DNA from: Octopus vulgaris
Lineage: Eukaryota
NCBI GenBank assembly: GCA_951406725.2
Contig: OX597824.1
Coordinates: forward strand, 90,520,001-90,584,000
DNA: 64,000 nucleotides
Direction: 5' to 3'
Every line of letters begins with the position of its first letter. Position 1 is the first letter of the stretch. Under the pieces are notes generated by a model. The model searched no databases, was not told the DNA's origin, and was given only the letters and a program-made list of their open reading frames with translations. Position numbers and translations under genes: made by a program. Below are positions 43,431 to 57,770 of this stretch, one piece after another.

Positions 43431-43793
43431 TGTGTGTGTCTGTGTGTGTGTGAATGTATGTGTGGTATACAGGGATTTATCTTCGTCGACGAAACGCTTT
43501 GATGTAAGAAAAAGCTACAATACGAGTGGACTAGATCGGTTTGAATATGTTCTATTACGTTACCATAGCAAATATCGAGTATACATACATATATACATAC
43601 ATACATTAATACATACATACATTAATACATACATACATACACACACACTGGTATATATATATATACATAGATATATGTATATAAATATAGTGAGAATTTA
43701 CAAAAAAACAAACAAACAAAAAAACAAAAGACGAAGACGGATGTGTAATCAATAAACAGATGTATTAGTTTCACGCTTGGGAAGTGAGAGAGT

Positions 43794-43829
43794 CTTTTAC
43801 GTTTCGAGCCTACGCTCTTCGACAGAAAG
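43794..43829 (-). ncRNA. Minimal hammerhead variant (A6U)
   Basis: cuuu-CUGUCGA-a-gagc-guag-gcuc-GAAAC-GUA-aaag; a related copy is at 32160-32195. Confidence 0.55.
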
Positions 43830-43903
43830 GAACACAGAAAGAAACAGGGAGAGAAAATAAAAAGGGTTTAGTGGCTAGCGATCAATCATGAGAGAGATAA
43901 ATA

Positions 43904-43997
<94 letters not shown>

Positions 43998-44321
43998 ATG
44001 CCTGTCTGTGTATCTTCCTCTCTCTCACTCTCTTTCTTTCTCTCTCTCTCTCTTGTTTTGTATGTCCTGTACTCTATTTTTTCGTTGTTTAAAAAAATTT
44101 CTACTTCCTTGGTTTTGTGTTTATGTTTTCGTTTCTCATTGTGTTCGACGTTTTTTTGGTGTCCTGTACCCATATATGCATGTATATATATATAGGTACG
44201 TACATATATGTATATATATATATGCATATGTTTTATTTATTTATTTATATATACATATATATATATATATATGTATACACACACATAGATTGACACATAT
44301 AGATATATTATTGTATATATC

Positions 44322-44645
44322 ATGATGGTAATGATAATGATGATACTGATGACGATTATGACGACCGAACATGATGATGATGACGATTGCGATGATGATG
44401 ACGATGATGATGATGATGATGAAGACGATGATGATGATGATGATGACGATGATGATGATGATGATGATGATAATGGTGATGGTGATGATGACGATGATGA
44501 TAATGATGATGATGATGATGATGATGACGACGATGATGATTATGATGATGATGATGACGATGATGATGATGATGATGATGATGATAATGGTGATGGTGAT
44601 GATGACGATGATGATAATGATGATGATGATGATGATGATGACGAT
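44322..44645. repeat. (GAT)n microsatellite
   Basis: Direct reading. Confidence 0.95.
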
Positions 44646-44919
44646 AAAAGCAGTCATGATGGTGCGAGGGTGATCGCTTTGACAAAACGAAACACTTTTG
44701 TCATTGGTTGATTGTTAAGCTAACCAGCCAGCCTGCCATCCATCCATCCAGCCAGCCAACCAGCCAACCAGACAGACAGGCAGTCAGACAGTTAGTTAAT
44801 TCTGTTGTTATTCATCGTCGTCGTCGTTGTTATCGTCGTCATCGCATTTGTCGTCGATGTTCTTCTTGTCGTTGTTATTGTTATCTTTATCGTTTTTTGT
44901 TTTTTCTCTTTTGGTCTTT

Positions 44920-45145
44920 GTTGCCGCCATCTTCGGCGGCGCCATATTTGTTGTCAAAACCGGTTTGGCTACCGTTAAAATGGCTGCTTGTCAAATTCTT
45001 CAATAGCTCTGCTTTTTGCGCCGGCGCAATTTGCATGCATGTAAGGCTGCACTAGCATTGCACAAACCTCACAAGCAATCAAAAGTACACATGCAATTGC
45101 ATATTTTTGCATGATGTCACGGCAGACGCTTGATTGGAAGATTCA
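44920..45145. promoter_or_regulatory. Candidate cis-regulatory island (YY1/Pho motif cluster, octamer, CCAAT)
   Basis: GCCGCCATCTT at 44923, GCGCCATATTTG at 44939, AAAATGGCTG at 44977, ATTTGCAT at 45029, GATTGG at about 45132. Confidence 0.4.
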
Positions 45146-45316
45146 TAAACGTGTGTGTGTTTGTGTGTGCATGTATATATATGTGTATATATATATGTAT
45201 GTATGTATGTATCTATGTATGTATGTATGTATGTATGTATAAGTTCGTACATGCAGACAAACGGAGAAGCGAAGAGGGAACGGGTGCGTACAAATAGGCA
45301 TTCATAAACGTGTATG

Positions 45317-45389
<73 letters not shown>

Positions 45390-45482
45390 GTATAAGTACG
45401 TACGTACATGCAGACATACAGAGAAGCAAAGAGAGTACGAGTGCGTACACATAGGCATTCATAACTGTGTATGTGTGTGTGC

Positions 45483-45517
<35 letters not shown>

Positions 45518-45892
45518 CATATATACATATATATGTATATATTTATGTATGTATGAGTACGTACATACATGCAGACATACAAAGAAGCGAAGGGGGAACG
45601 GGTGCGTATACATAGGCTCACGTGCAATGAGACAGAATCATACACACACACACACACACACCCACTCATACATCTGTACACGCAACTATATTCATGAATG
45701 AAGCAAATGGATCCACACAATACGTGTGTATGTGCCTCATTTATGAAAAGTTATATGTGCCTCAATACATGCTCGCATGCATGTGTGTGAATGTTTCGCC
45801 TCTATCATCCAGACTATTGCATGTTTATATACACAGATGGTCCCAATGTGCTTCTAAATCTTTCTTGATTGTGACTTTCTCTTCTGTCTTGG

Positions 45893-46290
45893 TGTATGTA
45901 TGTATGTATGTATGTATGTATGTATGTATGTATGTATGTATGTATGTATGTATGTATGTATGTATGTATGTATGTATGTATGTATGTATGTATGTATGTA
46001 TGTATGTATGTATGTATGTATGTATGTATGTATGTATGTATGTATGTATGTATGTATGTATGTATGCATGATGTATGTATGTATGTATGTATGTATGTAT
46101 GTATGTATGTATGTATGTATGTATGTATGTATGTATGTATGTATGTATGTATGTATGTATGTATGTATGTATGTATGTATGTATGTATGTATGTATGTAT
46201 GTATGTATGAATGTATGTATGTATGTATGTATGTATGTATGTATGCATGTATGTATGTATGTATGTATGTATGTATGTATGCATGTATGT
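45893..46290. repeat. (TATG)n microsatellite
   Basis: Direct reading. Confidence 0.95.
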
Positions 46291-46417
46291 ATGTGCGTGT
46301 GTCTCTCTTTATCTATCTATCTCCCTCCTCCTCCACTCTCTTTCTGTCTGTCTGTCCGTCTGGCCTTCTCTCTTTCTCTCTCTCTGTCTTTCTCTCTATC
46401 TTTCTTTTTTTCTCCTC

Positions 46418-46455
<38 letters not shown>

Positions 46456-46689
46456 CTGCACAAACATATGTGTATGTGTGTGACAGTACGCTATGCACAT
46501 CTATATACATACATTTAGATATATATATATCAAAATAAGCAACAAGGATATCCAGAGGTACTGCATTACCTCTGAATATCCTTGTTACTTATTTTGAGTT
46601 TAATCATCTTATTTGGAATTTGTATGGATAACATTGTAGTAAATTGTGGTGCCTCAACTTAAGTACGATATTCATCTGAATCTAAATCT

Positions 46690-46731
<42 letters not shown>

Positions 46732-46781
46732 AAAAAGAGAAGTCAAGATAGAAAATGCTAAAATAATTTTATAAAGAACAT

Positions 46782-46823
46782 TTAAGTACCGGTTTCAGTC
46801 ATTTGAGACCTTTTCAACTGTAA
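46782..46823 (-). ncRNA. Minimal hammerhead with U3-A8 covariant core
   Basis: uuacag-UUGAAAA-gguc-ucaaau-gacu-GAAAC-cg-GUA-cuuaa; palindromic ACCGGU stem III. Confidence 0.6.
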
Positions 46824-46947
46824 CGATTAAATAATTAAATTTTGAAAAATTAAAAGAAAATTTTTTTTAAAAATAATATTTGTATAAGTGGCATTTTCCT
46901 TGTTTCTACCTTTCTCTGTCTCTCTTGTTTACACTTGTGGGTTCGAG

Positions 46948-46984
<37 letters not shown>

Positions 46985-46988
46985 ATAT

Positions 46989-47416
46989 ACGTGAAGTATA
47001 TTTACCACTTAAATGTGGCTAACCACTAAGGGTGGATGCTACACTTGTAAAGAGTAAAAAAACAATAATAAATCTCTGAACGAGATTCAGAAATCTCGTT
47101 CAGAGATACATCATTGCTTGTTTACACTTTTTCGAGATCACTGACGAAAAAGGATATATGTATTTGCATTGGGGCTCCTTCGTATCGATGACCGGTGACT
47201 GTCGTGCGCCGAGGACGGGTAAACATTCGGAAACCCGGATCTGTGCGTATTACGTCAGGTCGACGATGGGAAGGATGGCTTCCCTTTGCAAATACCGATA
47301 GGGCACAGAAAGTGTATCAATAGTCAACTGGAGAAGATGTTCTCCTGGGGCTACAAGCTACAGTAGAATCCACCCTTAGTGGTTAGCCACATTCAAGTGG
47401 CAAATATACTTCATGT
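46989..47416. mobile_element. Element bounded by inverted repeats of about 54 bp, with an internal perfect hairpin and a degenerate hammerhead
   Basis: 46989-47042 versus 47363-47416; perfect 16-bp palindrome at 47072-47107; CCGAGGA...GAAACCCGG at 47204-47247. Confidence 0.7.
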
Positions 47417-47461
47417 TATTGTGCAGCTACTGCTTATACCTCGTTCAGAGATTTACTATGG

Positions 47462-47499
<38 letters not shown>

Positions 47500-47990
47500 T
47501 GTGTGTGTGTGTGTGCGTAAGAGAGATAGAATGAGTGAGAGAAAGAGAGACAGAAAGAGAGCATGCGTGCGTATGTACGTATTTATTGTCTCACTGGAAT
47601 CAAGGTAAGGCGACAACTGTGGTGACGACGGCTTTTGGAACAGAAACAAGTACCCACATGTTCCTTAATGAATCGCTAATTCCTGGGAATTCTTGATTCT
47701 TGGGAATGTTGTCGGCTTCTTTGGCGGAGCGGAACGTAATTGCCCCTGAATAACTGTTTACTCCTCACGATCTGAAAAAGGTTTTAATAAATTAAAATTC
47801 AAATTTTATGTCCTTTCGCGTTTGTGTTCCAGTTCTTCCTATTGGCTTCTCTCTTATTTATTCGCCTTCATATTTGCTACATACATACATAAACACACAT
47901 ATGTATATATATACATACGTTCGTGTATACCTACATAATGTAGGCATTCACACGCATACATAAATATGGCATTAGAGAGACATCTATTTG

Positions 47991-48042
<52 letters not shown>

Positions 48043-48070
48043 CATATATTTATCCATACAAACACAAATA

Positions 48071-48116
<46 letters not shown>

Positions 48117-48189
48117 GTGTGTGTGTGTATGAATGTATTTTCAGCTATAAAATGATTAATGTGAGTACACATCAGTGTACATGCCCCCT

Positions 48190-48237
<48 letters not shown>

Positions 48238-48541
48238 TAATTCACCCACGTGCACGTACACACACATGCATCCGTGCTTTAAAATATTCCAAGCACATGG
48301 ATACCCTCCTATATCAGTGCAGTTTGTAAAAATCTATTTTTGTGCACATTTATACGAATGCAATGCTTTTGTATGTATGCGTGTATGTATGTACATATAA
48401 ATGCATTTAACATATGTGCATTTGTATGTATATATGTATGTACAAATGTATTTATACATATGTGCATATGTATGTAGATATTTGTATGAATGTATGTTTG
48501 AATGTATGTATTAATGAATGTATCTATATATATGTATGTGT

Positions 48542-48607
<66 letters not shown>

Positions 48608-48638
48608 GCATATATATATATATATGTATACATACACG

Positions 48639-48696
<58 letters not shown>

Positions 48697-49024
48697 TAGA
48701 TATATATACATACACATACATATATATACATGTATATATATTTTTATATGTATATACGGATGTACTTTTGACTAGTTATACACCTCTTCATATCTGTACC
48801 TTATATATGTATGTGTGTGCGGTTTTATGGCTGATTAAAATCTGAAAATGAGGGGAGGGGGAATTGTCGCACGCATGCGGCCACAGGCATAATCGCCCGC
48901 ATTCAGTCACGTACACACACACACAGACACACACAGACACACACACACAAGTTTACAAAATTTAAGGCACTACACATAGAAACACACGTTTCAATCCATC
49001 TGCGATTCGATTAATTGGCAGCTT

Positions 49025-49056
<32 letters not shown>

Positions 49057-49398
49057 ATCAATCAATCAATCAGTCAGTTAGTTTGTCTCTCTCTCTCTCT
49101 CTTCCATTCTTTGTATGTCTGTGTATCTGTGTGTCTGTCGGTGTGACTGAATCTCTCTTTTTCCAGAAATATATGCATATACATACTTCTAAATATACAT
49201 ATATGCATATATATATACATATATATATATGTGTGTATATATATATATATGTATATATAAGTATGTATATATGCATGTATGGATGTATATATATAGAGAA
49301 TATATAACGAACAAACACAAGATAAAAAAAAACAACGTGAGGACGTGGTACATACAAAATATTAGCAGACGCTATGTTTATATATATATGTATATATA

Positions 49399-49443
<45 letters not shown>

Positions 49444-49479
49444 ATTCATATATATATATATGTATATTATATGTATATA

Positions 49480-49554
<75 letters not shown>

Positions 49555-49599
49555 GTATATATATGTATATATATATATGTATATATATGTATATATATG

Positions 49600-49651
<52 letters not shown>

Positions 49652-49836
49652 TATACATATATATATATATATTTATATATATATATATATTTATATATAC
49701 ATACATACATATATACATACATACATACATCCAAGCATACGTATTTATATACAGGGATGCATACATACTTACACAAGCACATATATATATATATATATAT
49801 ATGTATATATTTATACCCACAACTGTCTATATACTC

Positions 49837-49901
<65 letters not shown>

Positions 49902-49956
49902 TGTATCTGTATATATACTAACGTACTTCTATTTATGTATTCATTCAACCCTTGCC

Positions 49957-50029
<73 letters not shown>

Positions 50030-50422
50030 TACACACACACACACATCTATGCATGCATACCTGACAATGAGTATGTACATAGATTGTTATTTGCTTGCAT
50101 GTGTGCGATTCTCAGTGAGCGTGTGTGCGTGCGTGTGTAGACGCGTGCGTGCGTGCATGTGCGTGTGTTCGTGTGTGTGTGTGTGTGTATGCATGTGTAA
50201 GGGTGAGGTCCTGGCAATCACAGAGCAAAGACGGGCTACGTCCTACGTGATGCGAATGGAAAAGGCTTCGGTGGTGATACAAGCCACGACTCGGCACCTC
50301 CTGCCCGCGATAATCACATTAAGGAAGGGTCACAGAAAACGAAAAAAAAAAAAAAAGAAAGAAAACAGAAAAAAACAAAAGCACGAAACACAAACAGTCA
50401 GATATATAATCATGTATGTATG

Positions 50423-50509
<87 letters not shown>

Positions 50510-50704
50510 TACTTATATATAAATTAATGTATATATATACACATATATATCCATATATGTATATATGTATATATATGTATATATATATGTATGTATGTAT
50601 ATATGTATATATATGTATATATTTATATATATATATGTAAATATAAAATATATATAATATATATGTGTGTAGATATATATATGTACATGTGTATATAGAT
50701 GTAC

Positions 50705-50758
<54 letters not shown>

Positions 50759-50793
50759 ATATCTATATATCTATATGCGCACATGTATGTATG

Positions 50794-50841
<48 letters not shown>

Positions 50842-51191
50842 TATACACATTCTGGCATGTATGCGTATGGAAGTGTAATAGGAGATTATGTGACTAAACG
50901 TATAAAAATATTTACACATACAAACGCATGCATAGCTGTACACACATACATAGCTACATATAAACATACGTATATGTACATGTATATGTATATGTACACA
51001 CACATGTATATGTACACACACACACTTATATATACGCATACGTATATCTATAACCATATGTATGTGTATATGTATGTAGGTATGTATGTATCTATATATA
51101 TATCTATATATAGAAAATTGTAAAAAGTGAAAAAATATATATATTTATATATATATATTTGTATGTATATATATGTGATTATGTGTGTATG

Positions 51192-51245
<54 letters not shown>

Positions 51246-51332
51246 CATACATACACACATATACATATATACATGCAATGAAGTATACTTATATATCTAC
51301 GTGTGTATATACATATACATACATACGTACAA

Positions 51333-51364
<32 letters not shown>

Positions 51365-51877
51365 ATATGTTTGCTTTTATATAAACCATGCACACATACA
51401 TACTGAAACGGAGAAACATATGTGTGTATAATTCGGTATACATAGATATCTATACATATACGTGTGTATAATTTTCTGCGTATATTTGTGTATATATAAG
51501 TATGAGTGAATACACACGTCGTATATATCAGTATGTGTACGTATATGTGTGTATGCAACAACATATGTGCTTGTGTTTATGTGTGTGGATGTCCATGTGC
51601 TTTCGTGTGTGGATGACCGTATAGAACAGCAAAAATAGCGTACAAAAAACAAGGAAACAAATCCAGCGAAAATATATTTAAAACACAATAAATATATATA
51701 AAATCATAAATTTGAATATTTAAAAATTCTGCAGAACCATTACGAAGGAATGAATTAAAAAAATATATATTCTGGAATACAAGAAAAAATAAAACTAAAC
51801 ACAGTATGCACTGAGACAATTGCATACACTCACGTATGCACAGACTGTGTTATATACACTATATACACTATATACGC

Positions 51878-51930
<53 letters not shown>

Positions 51931-51963
51931 TTTATAAATATACGCATGTATATATGAATATAA

Positions 51964-52008
<45 letters not shown>

Positions 52009-52056
52009 TACGTGTATATGTTTATGTATATATATATAAATATATATATATGTATA

Positions 52057-52095
<39 letters not shown>

Positions 52096-52251
52096 GTGTA
52101 TATGTTTATGTATATATATATGTATAAATGCATATATATATGTATATATTTATATATATATATATATACATACATACATATATATATATATATGAATACG
52201 TGTATATGTTTATGTATATATATATATGTATAATATATATATGTATATATT

Positions 52252-52288
<37 letters not shown>

Positions 52289-52308
52289 GAATATATATGT
52301 TTATATAT

Positions 52309-52397
<89 letters not shown>

Positions 52398-52404
52398 TGT
52401 CTAC

Positions 52405-52467
<63 letters not shown>

Positions 52468-52754
52468 CACACATATGCGTAGGAGTCTGTGTATGTATAC
52501 TTGTATCTACGTGGGTATACATTGATAAACAACGTGTAGCAAGCTATGAAAGAAACCGGCGTGTACAAAGCACCAAGGAATACTGATTAAAAATTATAAT
52601 ATATGAATAAATATATAAAATAAACTGATTGAATAGAGAGAATAAATAAATATACACAATAAAAGATATATGCATTTATTTTTAAAAAAAAGGCCTTAGC
52701 TAAGTCGTGTACTCGTCACACGCATATGAGTAGAATTGATGAGGATAGAATTGA

Positions 52755-52910
<156 letters not shown>

Positions 52911-53063
52911 ATATGTATATATATATATATATATATACATACATACCTACATATGTACATGCATGCATACTAGCACATAGATTTAAATGTTTATATACAA
53001 AAGTACATACACACATAAATATGTCCATATAATAGTAGATATATTAATATGTGTATGTCTTTG

Positions 53064-53112
<49 letters not shown>

Positions 53113-53213
53113 CTGAGTATATATGTGTGTGTGTATGTATGTCTGTGTATATATATATATATATATAAATATATATGTTGGAAAATGTGTGAGATCTTTG
53201 GTACAGTTGGATG

Positions 53214-53309
<96 letters not shown>

Positions 53310-53325
53310 CATATATCATACATAC

Positions 53326-53418
<93 letters not shown>

Positions 53419-53433
53419 CATATTCATACATAC

Positions 53434-53472
<39 letters not shown>

Positions 53473-53599
53473 CACACAAATATACGTGTGCATGTGTGTG
53501 TGTGTTCGTGTGTATTCATGTAGGGTTGTCGATTGCTTACTTAATAAACGCGTGCCCTTTCAGTCAAGCTGCTGCTTCTGCTAAATATCGGTGTCAAAT

Positions 53600-53782
53600 T
53601 TTGGTACAATGCCAGCAATTTCGAGGAAGAGATTAAATCGGCTACAAGGACCTCAGTGTTCAACTCGTCCTTATTTGATCACTACGGAAAGGATGACAGG
53701 TAAAGTCGTCTTCGGCGGCATTTGAACTCAGAACGTAAAGTCATAAGAAATGCCGTTATGCATTTTCCCAGGAGCGATTACG
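53600..53782 (-). mobile_element. SINE family C, old copy
   Basis: gaaaggatgacaggtaaagtcgtcttcggcggcatttgaactcagaacgt. Confidence 0.7.
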
Positions 53783-54131
53783 TCATCTCTTCAAAGTATT
53801 AAAACCGGCTCTCCGTCTGTTGCGGCGACGAGGGGTTCCAGTTGGTCCCATCAATGGAACAGCCTGCTCGTGAAATTAATGCGCATGTGGCTGAGCACTC
53901 CACAGACACGCATGCTTTTAACGAAGTTTCTCAGGGTAATTTAGTCTCATAAACAATGTGACAACTCTGGCCATTTGAAATACAGGTACTGTTTCATTTT
54001 GGCCAGCTGAATGGACTGTAGAGCAATGTGAAATAAAGTGTCTCGCCCAAGGACACAAGGCACTGCTAGGAATCGAACTCACTGTCTTACGATCGTGAGC
54101 CGAATACATACATACATACATACATACATAT

Positions 54132-54686
54132 ATGGTGGCTGCCCTCTCGTTATCGAGTATGGCCATTGCACGAAGCTTAATCAATGTTGTTATCGTGCAA
54201 TGCCTGTGCAAGAAGATTTTTTTAAAGTGAGGAAAGGCTGTGCACTGAGTCAATCCCACTCACTAAGCAACAGCAGTCATAATCCGAAAAGAAGAACAAG
54301 TCAACATCATCAGTAACCACTGAGCCGCAGGTTTTACGTCGGAGTTATCCCAGTTACCTGAGTCACCTTCTCCTAGAAGGATGCCCTAACAAAGGCTAGG
54401 AGACCTTCACTCCCAATGGTTTAACCGCGCAATCGGGTATTCAGTCCGATTATTTCTATGTCCCCGCGCATGATACAGCCTTAAGACATTTATTGGATGG
54501 CTGTTGACTCTGAAGAGTTCCTCCGTCCTTTGACGGGTTTTGTTTTTCATCCCGCAGGGTGTCCAATAATCACCCTCCTCACCAAGCAAGCTTGGTGGGG
54601 TTGCCGGGTTAGTCGCCGACGACCCGACCATGCAACAGGTTGTACTGGGTTACATGTTACCAGTAGCACTCGAAAGTGACCTGACA
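54132..54686 (-). mobile_element. Probable non-autonomous RTE-like retroelement
   Basis: Complex non-coding block between (CATA)n runs; its ends are reminiscent of RTE UTRs. This is recollection, not alignment. Confidence 0.35.
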
Positions 54687-54964
54687 CATATATACATACA
54701 TAAATACATACATACATATGTATGGATAAACTGAGGTTTTCAGAAAGAGAAATTGACCGGCTGATTCGTACAATTGCGATCTATGAGTGGAACAGTAAAA
54801 ATATGCTTGATATACAAAATATATATACATGTACATATATGTAAATAGAAATTTTCAGTCGATGAATATTCAGGAATATATATATCGATATTTATATATG
54901 AACAGAGTAAATTCACACAGAGTACAAGATCAAAAGAAAAGGAAAGAGACATTCTATGATATTA

Positions 54965-55093
54965 CACGTCCGACAGCTGTTTCTGGGAGACCGGAATTAG
55001 TTCATAATGTTGGCAGATATAATTCTCCAGAAAATGCAACCTGCAATGGAAGCAAATAAATATTGCATAGATTCGGCATCATCTTCAGGGTGG
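54965..55093 (-). ncRNA. Hammerhead with a stem-II insertion of about 95 nt
   Basis: cc-CUGAAGA-ug...ca-GAAAC-agcu-GUC-gg; palindromic ACAGCUGU stem III. Confidence 0.6.
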
Positions 55094-55248
55094 AAAGACA
55101 AAAGTATATCATTATTACACCTCTAATAAGCTGACCTGCCAAAAATTGTTATTCCATATTGAAGGGGACGGTTGTAACAGCCCTTTGAACGCTCTCAATT
55201 AACGCTGCTTGTTACAGCTGATTTGTTTGCTGAAGGCAGTTGGGACGT

Positions 55249-55545
55249 ATGGAAGCTCGTTTGCAATAATGCTTTGTGTTGAACTGGGCAAAATTCTACA
55301 ACAGCTTATGAAATACTCCAGAGTACTTACGAATCAACTCTGTGTCTGTCACAGATTAAAGATGATGAAAGGTGTGGGAAGAAGAGGGATGTCAGAACAT
55401 CAAGAGTGATAAGAAAATTCATAATTTTCTGGTGAAGACCGTCGTGTGTCTATAAAGACAATATGCACACATTTTGGAGTTAATGTGACAACCGTACAAA
55501 GAATTATTCTTAGAGATATGAACATGCGCAAAATTTGTCCCTCTC
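55249..55545 (+). pseudogene. Mariner transposase N-terminal HTH remnant
   Basis: CVELGK...AYEILQ...KDDERCG...EDRRVSIKTICTHFGVNVTTVQRIILRDMNMRKIC, with frameshifts. Confidence 0.8.
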
Positions 55546-56529
55546 TCTATCCCTAAGGTGCAGAACTTGTTCCCAGTGGTTTTGGGTTGTACCCCCAGCT
55601 TGAAGGAAAACATCAGGGGCAATAGTTTAGAAGCCGAAGGGGGCTGTGCGTATGCGTTTATTTGTGAGCTTAATAATGTAAAATCGACAAAGTTAATAAT
55701 TTTGTTTTTACCTTTTTCTTACGTTTTTATATTGTTTTATTTAATTTCATTTCAAGATATTAAGTTTGTTTCCTGAAAATTATTTTCCACTTAATCCTTT
55801 ATATAAGCACCAAAAAATTTGGTAAAACCTGAATTTAATTTTTTGCATGTATGCCATATTTCCTTATATTACCCATGCTGACAAAATTATACTTCCAAAG
55901 TTACCTGTTATATGCGGACAACACTTTAGTATTCATGTATTTATGTATGTATTAGAAAAATACATGGTTTCTCTAGTGAGGGCAGCTGTTACAAGGGAGG
56001 TGATAATTTCTTTCTAATATGAGGTAGGGTAAGAAATTAGAGTTTTAGATTAAGGAACTACGACAAAAAAGCCCCTTAGAAATCACATTTTAATTGTTGT
56101 GTTAACTTATTATAATTTCTAACCGATATTAATCATATATATATATATAGTACTATTTCATCACTTTTAGAAATCGTCAGCATGATATAACCTGTGACTT
56201 GTTAATTAAACATTATTTTACGAAGTCAGACATTACAAAACAAAACCAAAAAGGAAAATAGAAACAAAGTGAAAAAAATTAACGAACAAACGTTGTTATG
56301 AAAAGATGTAATATTCCCTGTCAGAGAAACGGTAAGAATATAACTGTGAACATGTTCAATCAATTGTCTTTGTAGAACTAGTGTTACAGGTTCAGGTAAT
56401 CACTGAAGGGACAAGTATATGTATGTACACATATATATGTACAATGGAGGCTAGTGGCTTACTGGTTAGGTTATTTATGCCTTCACACACACACACACAC
56501 ATGCACACACATTTGTGTCTGTGTGTGTA

Positions 56530-57235
56530 TGTTAAGTTTTTCATTGTTCAGTCTTATTTCGAGATTTCTTGTCAATGAAGAACCGGCTTCTAACTTAGAG
56601 CCAAGGTTCCTTCATTGGAATTTCAACTTCAACAACAGGGTTCTTTTGTATGTATGTATGTATGTATGTATGTATGTATGTATGTATGTATGTATGTATG
56701 TATGTATGTATGTATGTATGTATGTATATGCAGATTTGTATGTTTTGTTTTATGTATGTATTCTCATGCCTATAGTTGCATATCTAGACTTGCTCATATA
56801 CATTTAAATGATAAACTTCTGGAAAGTTTTACAGATTTTAACAGTTCCAGTGATGGATTGGATCTGTAGTCTTCGAATTAGCTTTCTCCTTTCTGGTTTT
56901 GAGAAGCCTAATTTCTCAAGATTGGTATTTAAGCAGTTTGTTACATATCCCAGGGCCCCAATAATTACAGGTATAAATGTGAACTTGTAATCTGGATAGA
57001 GTAACTACAGATTTCTCGGTAGTTCAGCCTAAGTATTCTCTTTTTCAATGATCCTCAGCTTTATGCTAACATCAGCTGGGCAGCTAATTTCCACAACTAT
57101 ACACACTTTCTCTTCTCTATCCCAAATCATTAATATCAGGTCTATTGTGTTTATATCTTATTGAGATTTTCACTGGGACATTCCACCTGTATTTCTTTTT
57201 ATGAGTGGCTATGGCTTCTACCATACTGTGGATAC
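56530..57235 (-). mobile_element. R4-clade (restriction-like endonuclease) non-LTR retrotransposon 3' end in (CATA)n
   Basis: WNVPV...HNRPDI/MIWDREEKVCIVVEISCPAD...IPVIIGALG...QSITGTVK with stops. The UTR has an internal (CATA)n and a terminal hairpin at 56573-56617. Confidence 0.85.
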
Positions 57236-57237
57236 TT

Positions 57238-57738
57238 GTATGTATGCATGTATGTATGCACGTATGTATGTATGTATGTATGTATGTATGTATGTATGTA
57301 TGTATGTATGTATGTATGTATGTATGAATGTATGTATGTATGTATGTATGTATGTATGTATGTATGTATGTATGTATGTATGTATGTATGTATGTATGTA
57401 TGTATGTATGTATGTATGTATGTATGTATGTATGTATGCACGTATGTATGTATGTATGTATGTATGTATGTATGTATGTATGTATGTATGTATGTATGTA
57501 TGTATGCACGTATGTATGTATGTATGTATGTATGTATGTATGTATGTATGTATGTATGTATGCACGTATGTATGTATGTATGTATGTATGTATGTATGTA
57601 TGTATGTATGTATGTATGTATGTATGTATGTATGTATGTATGTATGTATGTATGTATGTATGTATGTATGTATGTATGTATGTATGTATGTATGTATGTA
57701 TGTATGTATGTATGTATGTATGTATGTATGTATGTATG

Positions 57739-57770
<32 letters not shown>

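Noticed and set aside
44241-44711. Poly-Asp, poly-His and poly-Met ORFs
   Set aside because: All frames of one (GAT)n microsatellite; no splice or domain evidence.
50200-50335. Unique GC-balanced stretch as a possible coding exon
   Set aside because: No convincing acceptor/donor pair or recognisable peptide in any frame.
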